From an uncultured Arachnia sp. (GTDB lineage: Bacteria; Actinomycetota; Actinomycetes; Propionibacteriales; Propionibacteriaceae): a DNA stretch of 64,000 bases. The notes under the pieces were generated by a model, which was not told the DNA's origin, made no database searches, and saw nothing but the letters and a program-made list of their open reading frames with translations. Within the stretch, counting starts at the first letter, position 1. Every line of letters begins with the position of its first letter. Location: assembly GCA_947499145.1 (NCBI GenBank), contig CANMNB010000001.1, positions 865 to 64,864 on the forward strand, written 5' to 3'. Position numbers and translations under genes: made by a program. Below are positions 26,684 through 37,523 of the stretch, one piece after another.

Positions 26684-28342
26684 TCAGCGACGCACCACCA
26701 CGTCGGTGCCTGCGAGCGCCCGTGCGACGTGGCTCCTGGCATGCTCCACGGCGGCATCCATGCGCTCGAAGAGGTGATCCCGGTGCCGGAGCGATCCGAC
26801 GACGCCTCCCCGCGCGGCCAGCTTCTGGTGCCGGGGCTGGATGCCCTTGACCAGCACGGTGATGCCGCGGCGCTCGAGCACCGTCACGAGCTCCGCCAGC
26901 ACCCGAGCGCCGGAAGAATCGAGGAAGCGCAGCTGGGACATGCGGATGATCACGACGTTGACCTCGTCGGTCTGCTCCACCGCCGCGAGGATCCGGTCCC
27001 CACCGCTGAAGAACAGCGGACCGTCGAGCCGCAAAAGGGCGATGCGCTCGTCACCCGGCTGCGCGGCGACGGGCAGCGGCTCGCGGTGCACCTCCGCGAG
27101 ACGGGACAACGCCCGCAGTGAGAAGAACGCGGTGGCAGCGATTCCGATGCCCACCGCCACGATCAGGTCGAAGGAGACGGTGACCAGGGCCGTCAGACCG
27201 AAAACCGCGGCATCCGGCCGTGAGGCGCGAACGACGTTGCGGGCCGTCTCCAGGTCCACCATGCGCACGGCGGTCACCATCAGGACGCCGGCCAGCGCCA
27301 CCATGGGGATGGAGCCGACGACGTCGGCCGCCAGGTACACCACCCCCGCCAGGACGAGGGCATGCGTGGCGGCAGCGAGCCGCGTCCGGGCCCCGGAGCG
27401 GATGTTGACCGCCGTGCGGGCGATGGCGCCGGTGGCGGGCATGCCGCCGAACAGGCCGGCCGCGAGACTGGCAAGTCCCTGGCCGACCAGTTCGCGGTCG
27501 CCGTCGTAGACACCGCTGTCGCTCAATCCCGCTGCCACGCGCGCCGAGAGCAGGGACTCGATGGCGGCGAGCGCGGCGACGGCCACTGCCGGCCCGAGGA
27601 GGTCACCGACCAGTTGTGGCGACAGGGCGGGTAGCGAGGGCATCGGCAGGGAGTCTGGCAGTTCCCCGATGCGGGCGAGCGGCAGGTCGAGCCACTGCAC
27701 CAGCAGGGCGGCCAGGACGATCGCCACGATCGACCCCGGGATCCTGTCGGAGACCCGCGGGACGAGCAGCATCGTGGCGGCCACCAAGGCGACGACCGCC
27801 AGTGACCAGACCAAGGCCTTGGGCTGCACCCCGGCCACCGACTGGAGGGCGGAGACCACCGCGTTCCGCGAGGGGCCAGGCGTCGATCCGAGGGCGGACG
27901 GCACCTGCTGCAGGAAGATGATGGTGGCGATCCCGAGGGTGAAGCCCTCGATGACCGGCCACGGGATGAAGGCGACGGTCCGGCCCAACCTCAGCAGACC
28001 GGCCAGGACGACCAGGACACCGGCCATCAGCGCCACGACCGGGATCGCCCCCGCGCCGTGGAGTGCGGCGATGGGGGCGAGGACGACGACCATCGCACCG
28101 GTCGGTCCGGAGACCTGCACGTGGCTGCCGCCGAAGACGGCGGCGACGAAGCCTGCGACGACGGCGGTCACCAGGCCCGCCGCGGGCTCGACGCCGGAAC
28201 TGATGGCGAACGCCAGCGCCAGGGGTAGCGCGACGATTCCAACGGTGACCCCCGCCAGCACGTCGCGAGGCCAGCTCGACGGCAGCTCCCGGTAGTCGGA
28301 GGGTTGCGGCAGCAGCCGTGCTGACGAGCGCAGGAGACTCAC
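26684..28342 (-). CDS. SulP family inorganic anion transporter with STAS domain
   Basis: DVLAGVTVGIVALPLALAF, QVSGPTGA, PATGAIART, C-terminal STAS (GPLFF, FLDSSG). Confidence 0.95.
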   Translation of the reverse strand: MSLLRSSARLLPQPSDYRELPSSWPRDVLAGVTVGIVALPLALAFAISSGVEPAAGLVTAVVAGFVAAVFGGSHVQVSGPTGAMVVVLAPIAALHGAGAIPVVALMAGVLVVLAGLLRLGRTVAFIPWPVIEGFTLGIATIIFLQQVPSALGSTPGPSRNAVVSALQSVAGVQPKALVWSLAVVALVAATMLLVPRVSDRIPGSIVAIVLAALLVQWLDLPLARIGELPDSLPMPSLPALSPQLVGDLLGPAVAVAALAAIESLLSARVAAGLSDSGVYDGDRELVGQGLASLAAGLFGGMPATGAIARTAVNIRSGARTRLAAATHALVLAGVVYLAADVVGSIPMVALAGVLMVTAVRMVDLETARNVVRASRPDAAVFGLTALVTVSFDLIVAVGIGIAATAFFSLRALSRLAEVHREPLPVAAQPGDERIALLRLDGPLFFSGGDRILAAVEQTDEVNVVIIRMSQLRFLDSSGARVLAELVTVLERRGITVLVKGIQPRHQKLAARGGVVGSLRHRDHLFERMDAAVEHARSHVARALAGTDVVVRR

Positions 28343-28701
28343 TCGCGCACCCCCACGGGCGGCAGCTCGTCCACCAGCGAGGACTCGACCTTCGAGTCCC
28401 CGAGCATCTCCATGAGCAACTCGCGGGAGGCCCGCAACACCTCGCTCATGCGCTCGTAGCGCAGCCGGTAGAAGACCTGGCTACCACGTCGCTCCGCCGC
28501 GACGAGTTGGTCGCGCTTGAGCATCGACAAGTGCTGCGAGAGGTGGGACGCCTCGATCCCGATCTCGGCGAGCATGGTGGTCACGCTCACCTCCTGGCCG
28601 GTGCTCAAGAGCTCCAGCACCCGGATTCGCACCGGGTGGGCGAGATCCTTGAAGAAGGTGGCCTTGATTTCGTAGAGGGGGCGGCAACGGTCTTCCAGCA
28701 C
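28339..28701 (-). CDS. ArsR/SmtB family transcriptional regulator
   Basis: FFKDLAHPVRIRVLELL, SHLSQHLSML; AAGGAG RBS. Confidence 0.92.
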   Translation of the reverse strand: MLEDRCRPLYEIKATFFKDLAHPVRIRVLELLSTGQEVSVTTMLAEIGIEASHLSQHLSMLKRDQLVAAERRGSQVFYRLRYERMSEVLRASRELLMEMLGDSKVESSLVDELPPVGVRE

Positions 28702-28713
28702 GCGGTGACTCCT

Positions 28714-28745
28714 TGGTTTGATGATTCCATCAAATCATCAAACCA
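28714..28745. promoter_or_regulatory. ArsR operator
   Basis: Perfect 13-bp IR TGGTTTGATGATT-ccatca-AATCATCAAACCA just upstream of arsR. Confidence 0.8.
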
Positions 28746-28906
28746 CGCCTATCGCCAATCGGGCCTCTGTCCTCATCGCACCAGTCTTGCGCCCTCCAGC
28801 AGAGTCAACCCCGCGAACTCCACCTGCATAACGTTCCCCGTCCCGTCGCGTGGCTTTCCCGCGCCCATGGCGCGTGCCGCCACCGGCACTGTGCCAGAGT
28901 GGAGAC

Positions 28907-29893
28907 ATGCAGACCACGAAGTTCGGTAAGACCGGCCGCACGATCAGCGTCGTGGGCCAGGGCTGTTGGCAGTTCGGCGGCGACTGGGGCGACGTCAGCG
29001 ACGAGGCGGCCATGGGTGTGCTCCACGCGGCAGCCGACGAGGGCATCACCTTCTTCGACACGGCCGACGTCTACGGCGACGGCCACAGCGAGGAGCTCGT
29101 CGGCCGCTTCCTCAAGGAGCGCAAGGACGACGACATCATGGTGGCCACCAAGATGGGTCGCCGGGCAAACCCGCACGAGCCACAGGAGTTCACCGCAAAG
29201 AACTTCCGCGCGTGGAACGACCGCTCCCGCAAGCTCCTCGACGTCGAGACCCTCGACCTGGTGCAGCTGCACTGCCCTCCCACCCCGGTGTACTCCAACG
29301 ACGAGGTGTTCGACATCCTCGACGAGATGGTCGTCGAGGGCCGCATGAAGCACTATGGCGTCTCCGTCGAGACCGTCGACGAGGCCATGACTGCGCTGCA
29401 GCGCCCCAACCTGGCCAGCATCCAGATCATCTTCAACATCTTCCGCCGCAAGCCGCTCGAGCAGGTGCTGCCGGCGGCCAAGGAGAAGAACGTCGGGATC
29501 ATCGCCCGCGTGCCTCTCGCCAGCGGCCTGCTGACCGGGCGCTTCACCGAGGACACCACCTTCGCCCCGCAGGACCACCGGACCTACAACCGGCACGGGG
29601 AGGCCTTCGACCAGGGCGAGACCTTCTCCGGCGTGCCCTACGACGTCGGCGTGCAGGCAGCCCGCGAGGTGGCGGCCCTGGTGCCCGAGGGCATGACCCA
29701 GGCCCAGTTCGCGCTGCGCTGGATCATCGACCAAACCGGTGTCGACGTCGTCATCCCCGGTGCCAGCAAGCCCGAGCAGGCCCGCGCCAACGCCGCGGCA
29801 GGCTCGCTGCCGTCGCTGACCGACCAGCAGCTGGCCGAGCTGGAGCGGATCTACGACACGCACATCCGCGCCCACGTCCACGACCGCTGGTGA
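28907..29893 (+). CDS. Aldo/keto reductase
   Basis: GQGCWQFGG, FFDTADVYG, VATKMG, LVQLHCP. Confidence 0.93.
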   Translation: MQTTKFGKTGRTISVVGQGCWQFGGDWGDVSDEAAMGVLHAAADEGITFFDTADVYGDGHSEELVGRFLKERKDDDIMVATKMGRRANPHEPQEFTAKNFRAWNDRSRKLLDVETLDLVQLHCPPTPVYSNDEVFDILDEMVVEGRMKHYGVSVETVDEAMTALQRPNLASIQIIFNIFRRKPLEQVLPAAKEKNVGIIARVPLASGLLTGRFTEDTTFAPQDHRTYNRHGEAFDQGETFSGVPYDVGVQAAREVAALVPEGMTQAQFALRWIIDQTGVDVVIPGASKPEQARANAAAGSLPSLTDQQLAELERIYDTHIRAHVHDRW

Positions 29894-29924
29894 CCTGACC
29901 CCTGCCGCCCCCAAGGAGTACTCC

Positions 29925-30902
29925 ATGCTCGCTGCCCGCCTGCACGCCCCCGCCGACATCCGCGTGGCCGAGGAAGCCACCCCCCAGGCCGCCGAGGGAC
30001 GCACCCTCGTCCGCGTGGGGGCGGTGGGCCTGTGCGGCTCCGACCTGCACTGGTTCCTCGAGGGCGGCATCGGGGACGCCCGCATCACGGACCCGACGAT
30101 TCCCGGCCACGAGATCGGCGGCGTCGCGCTCGACGGGCCGCACGCCGGCAAGGTGGTGGCCGTCGACCCGGCCATCCCCTGCTTCGAGTGCGAGCGCTGC
30201 CACGAGGGCTGGACCAACCTGTGCCCCCACGTGCGGTTCGCCGGCCACGGGGACACCGAGGGCGGGATGGCGGAGGTCATCAGCTGGCCCACCGACCGAC
30301 TGGTTCCCCTCCCCGACGGCCTGGACGCGGAGGACGGCGCCATGCTGGAGCCGCTCGGCGTCGCCGTCCACTCCTGGGACCTCGGACACGTGAAGCTGGG
30401 CGACCGGGTGGCGATCGTCGGGGCGGGCCCCATCGGGCTCCTGCTCCTCCAGCTGGCGCGCCATTCGCTCGCAGCCGAGGTGACCGTGGTGGAGCCCCTG
30501 GCGCACCGCCGCGAGGCGGCCGACGCCCTGGGAGCGGACCTGGTCCTGACCCCGAACGACGAACTGGCGTCCGACTACGACGTCGTCTTCGAGGTCTGCG
30601 GCAACCCGGCGCCGGTGGAGGAGGCCTTGACACTGTGCCGTCGGGGCGGCCGGGTGGTGCTGGTCGGCATCCCGGACGAGGACGAGACGACGTTCCCCGC
30701 CTCCCTGGCACGCCGCAAGGGCCTCACGATCGCGGTGGTGCGGCGGATGCCGGAGGTGTACGAGCGGGCGGTCGGGCTGGTCGAGCAAGGCGTCGTCGAC
30801 CTCAAGGCCGTGGTGAGCCACCGGTTCGGGTTGGCCTCCAGCCAAGAGGGCTTCGGGTTCGCGGCGGAACGCCGTGGTCTGAAGGTGCTTGTCACTCCCT
30901 GA
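29925..30902 (+). CDS. Zinc-dependent polyol (sorbitol/xylitol-type) dehydrogenase
   Basis: GLCGSDLH, GHE, CxxCxxC...C, LEPLGVA, GAGPIG. Confidence 0.9.
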   Translation: MLAARLHAPADIRVAEEATPQAAEGRTLVRVGAVGLCGSDLHWFLEGGIGDARITDPTIPGHEIGGVALDGPHAGKVVAVDPAIPCFECERCHEGWTNLCPHVRFAGHGDTEGGMAEVISWPTDRLVPLPDGLDAEDGAMLEPLGVAVHSWDLGHVKLGDRVAIVGAGPIGLLLLQLARHSLAAEVTVVEPLAHRREAADALGADLVLTPNDELASDYDVVFEVCGNPAPVEEALTLCRRGGRVVLVGIPDEDETTFPASLARRKGLTIAVVRRMPEVYERAVGLVEQGVVDLKAVVSHRFGLASSQEGFGFAAERRGLKVLVTP

Positions 30903-32424
30903 CGGGAGCACCGAGCGCCTGCAGACGCGAGAACAACTCCTTCAAACGCGGGTAGAGCTCACCCTGCACCTCGCTGATCTTCGTGTACTTCGATGCGAGG
31001 TCCGGATCGGGCTCGGTTGTTCCCCCAGTGCGCGCCATCGCACGAGAGACCGCCGCCACTTCTTGCCCGGTCACCGCGCTGACGGCGATGACTGCGGCGC
31101 CGAGGGCGGATACCTCCTCCGTCGCGCACTCCTCCAGCGGCACTCCGACGCAGGCCGCCAGGATGGTGCGCCAGAGTTCGGAGCGTTGCCCGCCGCCCAT
31201 GATGCGCAGCACGGTGATGGGCGTCCCGGTGTCGGTCTCCAGCGCCCGCAGGTTCCGCGCGGCCTCGAGGCAGATCCCCTCGATGACGGAACGGTAGAGC
31301 GCCGCTCGGGAGTGCGTCCCGGAGAACCCAACCATGGCCCCACGGGCCTGTGGGTCCCAGTGGGGCGACTGCACCGCGTTCCAGTACGGGAGGGTGACCA
31401 GCCCGTCGCTGCCGGGCGGCACCGCCGAGGCAGCCTGCTCCAGCTGAGCGTCAGGGGCACCATGCAGCGCGGGGTCGCCGAGTTCGGCGCGGAACCAGCC
31501 AGCGAGGAACGCCCCGGAGTTCTGCACGACCTCCAGGACGAACTGCCCCGGGATCCCGGCGGCGTCGGTCCGATAGGAGCGCCCCCATCGGTACTCCGGC
31601 GAGTGGACACCCGCCACAACGGCCGTGCCCAGGTTGAGGTAACCCTCGTCGGGCCGGGTGACGCCCGCGCCGAGCCCCGCGGCCTGGCCGTCGCCGCAGC
31701 CCGCCACGACGGCGATGGGTCCCGGCAGGCCCCAACCCTGCGCGACGTCGGATAGCACGTCGGCGAGCACGCTGCCGACGTCGCCGAGTTCGGGGAGCTG
31801 GTCGCCTCGAACACCCGCGATCCCCAGGAGTTCCTCCGCCCAGTCCAGGCGCGCCATGTCGAACAGCCCGAGGCTGTCGGCGGTTCCTCGCGAGTCCCGC
31901 CACTGCCCGGTGAAGGCGTGGACGAGGTAGGCGTGGACGCCGGCGACGCGGTCTGCGGCGCACAGGGCGTCGGGCTCGTGCTGCGACAGCCAAGCGAGTT
32001 TGTAGAGCGAGGGCGTGACGTCGGGCACCATCCCGGAGAGCTCGTGGACACGAGCGGTTCCCAGCCGCATCACCTGCTCACTGGCACGCCCGTCCAGCCA
32101 CAAAATGGCGTTGCGCAGCGGTGTCCCGTCCTCGCGGCACAGGACGAACGTCTGCCGTTGCGGGGTGATGCAGAGCGCCGACACCCGTGCCCGGTCCGGG
32201 GCATCGAGGGAGGCGACCGCCTCGCTGATGGCCGTGTTCGCTGCGCTCACCCACTCCGTCGCGTCCTGCTCGTAGAAGTCGCGGCCGGGCGTGAGCATCT
32301 CGTAGCCGGCCCGACCCTGGGCGAGGACCTGCCCCGACGTGTCGACGACCAGCGCCTTGGTGGCTGTCGTCGACGAGTCCAGCGCCAGGACCACCGGGCC
32401 GTCGGTCGGCACGGGGGCGCTCAC
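30892..32424 (-). CDS. FGGY family carbohydrate kinase (xylulokinase-like)
   Basis: [40 protein letters not shown]. Confidence 0.92.
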   Translation of the reverse strand: MSAPVPTDGPVVLALDSSTTATKALVVDTSGQVLAQGRAGYEMLTPGRDFYEQDATEWVSAANTAISEAVASLDAPDRARVSALCITPQRQTFVLCREDGTPLRNAILWLDGRASEQVMRLGTARVHELSGMVPDVTPSLYKLAWLSQHEPDALCAADRVAGVHAYLVHAFTGQWRDSRGTADSLGLFDMARLDWAEELLGIAGVRGDQLPELGDVGSVLADVLSDVAQGWGLPGPIAVVAGCGDGQAAGLGAGVTRPDEGYLNLGTAVVAGVHSPEYRWGRSYRTDAAGIPGQFVLEVVQNSGAFLAGWFRAELGDPALHGAPDAQLEQAASAVPPGSDGLVTLPYWNAVQSPHWDPQARGAMVGFSGTHSRAALYRSVIEGICLEAARNLRALETDTGTPITVLRIMGGGQRSELWRTILAACVGVPLEECATEEVSALGAAVIAVSAVTGQEVAAVSRAMARTGGTTEPDPDLASKYTKISEVQGELYPRLKELFSRLQALGAPVRE

Positions 32425-32873
32425 TCGTAGGAGCAGATCGCGTCGACCTTCTCGGCAGAGGCCGAGGTCGGGTCGAACTCGTAACCGATGAACTCCTTCG
32501 CGAGGCGCAGCGCCAGTTCTCGTCCGATCACCCGCTCCCCCATGCACAGGACCTGGGCATTGTTGGACTTCACGAGGCGCTCAACGGAGTAGGAGTCGTG
32601 CGCGGTGCTCGCCCGGATGCCCGGGACCTTGTTGGCAGAGATCGCCACCCCCATGCCCGTGCCGCAGATGAAGACGCCGCGATCGGCCTCCCCGGCGGCG
32701 ATGCGGCGGGCGGCGGCGACGGCGAGGTGCGGGTAGGCCGTCGGGTCGGTGTCGGCGTTCACGCCTTGGTCGATGACCTCCGTGACGCGGTCGTCGGCCT
32801 GCAGCATCTCGATGATCGCCTGCTTGTAGGACACTCCAGCCTGGTCGGCCGCGAGGATCACTCTGAGACCCAT
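32421..32873 (-). CDS. RpiB/LacA/LacB family isomerase (DerI, D-erythrulose-4-phosphate isomerase-like)
   Basis: [35 protein letters not shown]; coupled to a DAK kinase. Confidence 0.9.
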   Translation of the reverse strand: MGLRVILAADQAGVSYKQAIIEMLQADDRVTEVIDQGVNADTDPTAYPHLAVAAARRIAAGEADRGVFICGTGMGVAISANKVPGIRASTAHDSYSVERLVKSNNAQVLCMGERVIGRELALRLAKEFIGYEFDPTSASAEKVDAICSYE

Positions 32874-32910
32874 GTCATTTCCTCCTCGGTTCTCGGGCTT
32901 CTCGTCTCCC

Positions 32911-34626
32911 TCATCCGGCGAGCGTCTCGCCGACGGCGGCCGCGCACCGCGCGAAGGACACGGCGCCCGGGTCGGGGTGACCCACGCTGCGTTCGGCCAG
33001 CGGCCGCGCGCGGCCCTTCTGGGGACGCAGCGCGGAGGTCTCCTCGGCCTTCGACACGGCCACGTCCGCGGCGGCGGACCAGGCCTCGGCGAGAGGCTTG
33101 CCGGCGCCCAGACCGTCGAGCAACGCGTCCCGGAACGGGATCGCCGCGTCGATGATGGTCTTGTCGCCGAGCTCCGCCTTGCCCAGACCCTGCATGGCCT
33201 CGACGTAGGACTCCACGCCGCGGCCCACGGCCTCGCCGTCCACGGCGTCCTCGTTCCCGAGCGCGCCGCCGAGGGACCGTAGGGCGACGCCCCACAGCAC
33301 GCCGGAGGTGCCGCCGGCGTTGTCAGCCCAGGCGTCACCGGCTGCGCCCAGCACGCCCGCGACGCCCCAGCCCTCGTCGAGTGCCTCGCGGGCGGCGGCG
33401 GTGGCGTAGTCGATGCCCCGGACCATGCCGCGTCCGTGGTCACCGTCGCCGGCGATCTCGTCGATCCGTCCCAGTTCGTCCTCCGAGTCGTGGAGGGTGG
33501 CTTTCATGGCCTCCAGCGCAGCGACGGCCCTGGCGGCGGCCTCACGCGACACATCCGATCCCACCGCAGGGGTTCGCTCGACCTCCTCGACCTCCGCGTC
33601 GACCTCGTCGGCGGTGGCCTCGTCGGCCGAGAGGCTGCCGCGCTTGAAGGCGGGCGTGTCGGCGGGGTCGAGCCACAAGGGCTCGAGCTCGTCGTCGAGC
33701 CAGCACAGCGTAAGGGACACCCCGCCCATGTCGAGGCTGGTCACGAGCTCGCCCACCTCGGGGCCGACGATCTCGAGGCCGTGCTCCCTCAGGCGCTTGG
33801 CGACGATTCCCCAGAGCAGGAACAGCTCCTCGTACTTCGTCGAGCCGAGGCCGTTGAGAATCGGGGCCACGCGACCGGAGGACCCCTCGGGACGCTCCTC
33901 CAAGAGCCTGGAGACCATGGTTTCGGCCAGCTCCGTGGCGGGTAGCCAGTCGACATCCTCGAGGCCGGGCTCGCCGTGGATGCCCAGTCCGAGGCCCATC
34001 TTGCCCTCCGGCACGGTGAAGTGCGGGTGGTCGGCACCGGGGAAGGTGCACCCCGAGAAGGCCAGCCCGATGGTGAAGGTGAGCTCGTTCGCGTGGTTTC
34101 CGAGCCGCTCGACCTCGTCGATGTCCATGCCGCGCTCAGCGGCGGCGCCCATCACCTTGAACACGACGAAGTCGCCCGCGATGCCGCGCCGCTTCTCCTT
34201 CTCGTGCGCCCCGGCGCTCGCGACGTCGTCGGTCACGATCACCTGCCGGGCGTCGATCCCCTCGGCCTTCAGGCGGTCACCCGCGATGCCGAAGTTCATC
34301 ACGTCGCCGGCATAGTTTCCGTAGGTGTAGATGACGCCCGCACCCGAGTTGGCGGCCCGCCCGACGGAGTACGCCTGGGCGGTGGAGGGCGACGTGAAGA
34401 TGTTGCCGATGATGGAGCCGTCGGCGAATCCGGGCCCCACGAGGCCGGCGAAGGCCGGGTAGTGACCCGAGCCTCCACCCACGAGCACGGCCACCTTCGG
34501 CTGGCGCGGGCGCTTCGCCCGCACCACGCCGCCCGTGACGCGCTTGACGCGGTCGGAGTACAGGTCGACGAATCCGGTGACGGCCTCGTCGGTGAACTCG
34601 GCGGGATCGTTGTAGATCGTTGTCAT
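32911..34626 (-). CDS. Fused DhaK/DhaL kinase (erythrulose kinase DerK/LerK-like)
   Basis: [24 protein letters not shown]...RRGIAGD, GIHGEPG, AGDGDHG, GDKT, GHPDPGA. Confidence 0.92.
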   Translation of the reverse strand: MTTIYNDPAEFTDEAVTGFVDLYSDRVKRVTGGVVRAKRPRQPKVAVLVGGGSGHYPAFAGLVGPGFADGSIIGNIFTSPSTAQAYSVGRAANSGAGVIYTYGNYAGDVMNFGIAGDRLKAEGIDARQVIVTDDVASAGAHEKEKRRGIAGDFVVFKVMGAAAERGMDIDEVERLGNHANELTFTIGLAFSGCTFPGADHPHFTVPEGKMGLGLGIHGEPGLEDVDWLPATELAETMVSRLLEERPEGSSGRVAPILNGLGSTKYEELFLLWGIVAKRLREHGLEIVGPEVGELVTSLDMGGVSLTLCWLDDELEPLWLDPADTPAFKRGSLSADEATADEVDAEVEEVERTPAVGSDVSREAAARAVAALEAMKATLHDSEDELGRIDEIAGDGDHGRGMVRGIDYATAAAREALDEGWGVAGVLGAAGDAWADNAGGTSGVLWGVALRSLGGALGNEDAVDGEAVGRGVESYVEAMQGLGKAELGDKTIIDAAIPFRDALLDGLGAGKPLAEAWSAAADVAVSKAEETSALRPQKGRARPLAERSVGHPDPGAVSFARCAAAVGETLAG

Positions 34627-34635
34627 GTCGTCCCC

Positions 34636-36630
34636 TCAGGCTGTGGTGCTGTGCGTGGGCCACACCACCGTCGTGGTGGTTCCCGGGGCCAGGGAGGCGA
34701 TGGGCCCTGCGGCGTGCCCCCCGGTCTCCTCGATGCTGGCCCCGGTCAGGTCCGTGTCGAGGACGAGATCCGAGCCGTCGGGCGCCTCGAAGTCGGCGTC
34801 GACGAAGCGGACCCGCCCGAGCTCCGATCCTCTCACGACGCCGGTCCGAGCGCCGGAGAACTCCTGCGGAAGGTCCGTCTCCAGTGTCACCTGACCGACA
34901 TCAGCGACCACGACCCTCGCCGTGCCCCGGTCCAGACGGACGGCGCCCTCCTCACGTTCGAAGGGTTCCGCCGCGCCGAGGTAGACGTTGTCGCGGATGG
35001 TGACGCCCTGCTTGATGCCGGCGAAACGCCGGTGGTCACCCTCACGACGACCGGTGATCTCAAGGAACTCCTCAAAGCTCGCCGGGTATCCGTCATAGAC
35101 CGTCGTGCCGTAGCCAGCCGTGGCGATCTCGGGGAGTTCCACCCGGTAGGCCTCCCGTTCTGGGTCACCAGCGAACACGTTGCCGATGAACCGATCGTCC
35201 CCACTGATGATCACGGCGTAGCCGGAGACCCGGGTGCTGTGCGGCCGATGGTAGGGAGTCGCCCGATCCAGGACGGGCTCGACGCGGAGGGAACCCAGGA
35301 ACAGGTTGCCCACGTAGGCACCGCCCTGGCTCATGTTCTCGAGCGAGACGGGCGAGCCGAAGACGTTGTGGTCCACCACGTAAGGGCCGTGGCTGACCTC
35401 GACGAAGAAGTCCCGACTGTTGGAGTGCAGGACGTTGCGGGAGATCCGGGTCCCCTGGGTCTGCCAGTCCAGCCACAGGCCAAGCGAGCAGTCGTGGATG
35501 TGGTTGTTCAGGATCTGCACGTCGATCGGGGCGTGCAGTTTGATGCCTGCGATCTCGTGGCCATAGAACTGGCGTCGCAGCGCGATGCGGTGGATGTGGT
35601 TGTTTTCGATGGTGGAGAACACGCAGCCCAGGTGCCCGACGATGCCGTTCTGCCCGCAGTCGTAGATCGTGTTGCGCCGCACGACGTGGGAGCCGATCCG
35701 CTCACGCGTCCAGCCGAGGTCCTCGGCGGCGAACACGGACTCCAGCTGGTACTGGTAGCCCGGCTTGTCGCGTCGGACGGTCGCGAAGTTGTGGCCGGTG
35801 CGGACCTCCTTGCCCAGCGAGATCGCGGAGCACTTCGAGTCGTGGAGGATGTTGTCCTCGATGACCCAGCCCTTGGCCCAGTTGGGTCCCACCATTCCCG
35901 GCTGGTCAGCCGTCGGCGGCACCCACGGGGTGGCCGCGTGGCGGAACTCGAAGCCCCTGACGGTGATCCAGTCGACGTGGTTGTTCACGGGGAAGAAGAC
36001 CGAGCGCCGCACGTTGATCTCCACGAGTTCCTCGCGGGGATCCGCGTCACCGAAGTTGGCGGTGACGACGGTGTGATCGTCGGACACCTCCGCATGCCAC
36101 ACCAGGCGGCTCGGGGCCTCCGTTCCCGGCTGCGGCACCCCGGTCCAGTCGTCGACGATGGTGTCCTGCGGTCCCGGGTGGCGGACATCGTCGACCGTGG
36201 CGACCTCGAGCAGGGCCTTGCCACCCAGGTACACCTCCCCGAGGTGCAGGTCGGGCTCGTCGGCGGCGGGCCTGAGGAGCCAGTCACCCTGGATCTTCTC
36301 CGCGAACGGGTTGAAGCCCTGGAACAGCGTGTTGTCGATGTTGGCTCGCCACGTACCGTCCTCCGCCGGTTCCCAGTCCGCCACCACCTCGGAGCCGGTG
36401 ACGACGACGTGCTCCCCCTCCGCCGCGGTGAACGTGATCCGCCGGTTGTTGCTGAGTCCGCCGTGCGGAGGCGTCACCCACTCGCGGTAGATGCCCTCGT
36501 GGACGATGACGGTGTCACCTGGACGAGCACGACGGGCCGCCTCGTTGATGGTGGCGACCGGCTGGTCGGGGGTTCCGGCAGCGGCGTCAGAGCCGCCCGT
36601 GGAAACGTGGATGTCCATACTGCGTGTCAC
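34636..36630 (-). CDS. GH120-like beta-xylosidase (right-handed beta-helix)
   Basis: PGDTVIVHEGIYRE, HLGEVY, WVPPTADQPG..GPNWAKGW, HEIAGIKLH, WLDWQTQGTR; GTGA overlap with the upstream gene. Confidence 0.85.
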   Translation of the reverse strand: MTRSMDIHVSTGGSDAAAGTPDQPVATINEAARRARPGDTVIVHEGIYREWVTPPHGGLSNNRRITFTAAEGEHVVVTGSEVVADWEPAEDGTWRANIDNTLFQGFNPFAEKIQGDWLLRPAADEPDLHLGEVYLGGKALLEVATVDDVRHPGPQDTIVDDWTGVPQPGTEAPSRLVWHAEVSDDHTVVTANFGDADPREELVEINVRRSVFFPVNNHVDWITVRGFEFRHAATPWVPPTADQPGMVGPNWAKGWVIEDNILHDSKCSAISLGKEVRTGHNFATVRRDKPGYQYQLESVFAAEDLGWTRERIGSHVVRRNTIYDCGQNGIVGHLGCVFSTIENNHIHRIALRRQFYGHEIAGIKLHAPIDVQILNNHIHDCSLGLWLDWQTQGTRISRNVLHSNSRDFFVEVSHGPYVVDHNVFGSPVSLENMSQGGAYVGNLFLGSLRVEPVLDRATPYHRPHSTRVSGYAVIISGDDRFIGNVFAGDPEREAYRVELPEIATAGYGTTVYDGYPASFEEFLEITGRREGDHRRFAGIKQGVTIRDNVYLGAAEPFEREEGAVRLDRGTARVVVADVGQVTLETDLPQEFSGARTGVVRGSELGRVRFVDADFEAPDGSDLVLDTDLTGASIEETGGHAAGPIASLAPGTTTTVVWPTHSTTA

Positions 36631-37523
36631 TTCTCCTGATTGGTGGTTTGGCCCGAGAGGAACGAGGCGACGGCGGAGTCGTCCTCGGCGTCGAGCCCGG
36701 CCTTCTTGGCCATGCGGTAGAGGTTCTCGGCCGCCATCGCGACGGCAGTGGGGAGCTGGTGGCGTCGGGTGATCTCGCCGACGATGCCCATGTCCTTGGC
36801 GATCACGTCCACCCGCGAGCGCAGCTCCGGCTCCTCGCCACGCAGCTGCTGGACCATGCGCGGACCGCGGTCCTGGAGCATGAACGACGCCGCGGCGCCC
36901 TTGTTGAGGACCTCGACGCACTGGTCCAGGTCGAGCCCCATGGCATTCGCCAGCGCCAGGGCTTCGGCAGCCGCGGCAGTGTGGATGCCGCACAGCAGCT
37001 GGTTGACAGCCTTCATGTTCTGGCCGGCGCCGACCTCGCCGATGACCACCAGGGTGGAGGCCATCATCCTGAGCACGTCGTCGGAACCACGGAGGACCTC
37101 CGACGCTCCGCCGACGGTGATGAGGAGGTCCCCCGCGCGTGCCCGGACCGCACCGCCCGAGACCGGGGCGTCGATCGTGTGGACGCCCAGTTCCTGCAAC
37201 CGGGCCGAGACCTCGGTGACGGCGGCCGCGCCGACGGTGGAGGTCACGATGACCACGCTCCCGGGAGCCAGCTGACTGCCCGCTCCCTGCTCACCGAAGA
37301 GGACCGACTCCAGCTGTGCCCCGTCGCGCACGGCCACGACGACGTGGCTGGCGCCGGCCACGGCCTCGCCCACGGTGGCCGCGGGGACGACCCCGTCGGC
37401 GACCGCGAGGTCACGACGCGCGGCTGCGACGTCGAAGCCGCGGACCTCCCAGCGTTCGGCGAGCCTCGCGGCCATGGGCAACCCCATGGCTCCCAGCCCC
37501 AGTACTGCGATCACCCGGTTCAT
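36627..37523 (-). CDS. NAD(P)-dependent 3-hydroxyacid dehydrogenase (HIBADH / L-threonate dehydrogenase-like)
   Basis: GLGAMG, DAPVSGG, catalytic Lys in GQNMKAVNQ. Confidence 0.9.
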   Translation of the reverse strand: MNRVIAVLGLGAMGLPMAARLAERWEVRGFDVAAARRDLAVADGVVPAATVGEAVAGASHVVVAVRDGAQLESVLFGEQGAGSQLAPGSVVIVTSTVGAAAVTEVSARLQELGVHTIDAPVSGGAVRARAGDLLITVGGASEVLRGSDDVLRMMASTLVVIGEVGAGQNMKAVNQLLCGIHTAAAAEALALANAMGLDLDQCVEVLNKGAAASFMLQDRGPRMVQQLRGEEPELRSRVDVIAKDMGIVGEITRRHQLPTAVAMAAENLYRMAKKAGLDAEDDSAVASFLSGQTTNQEK

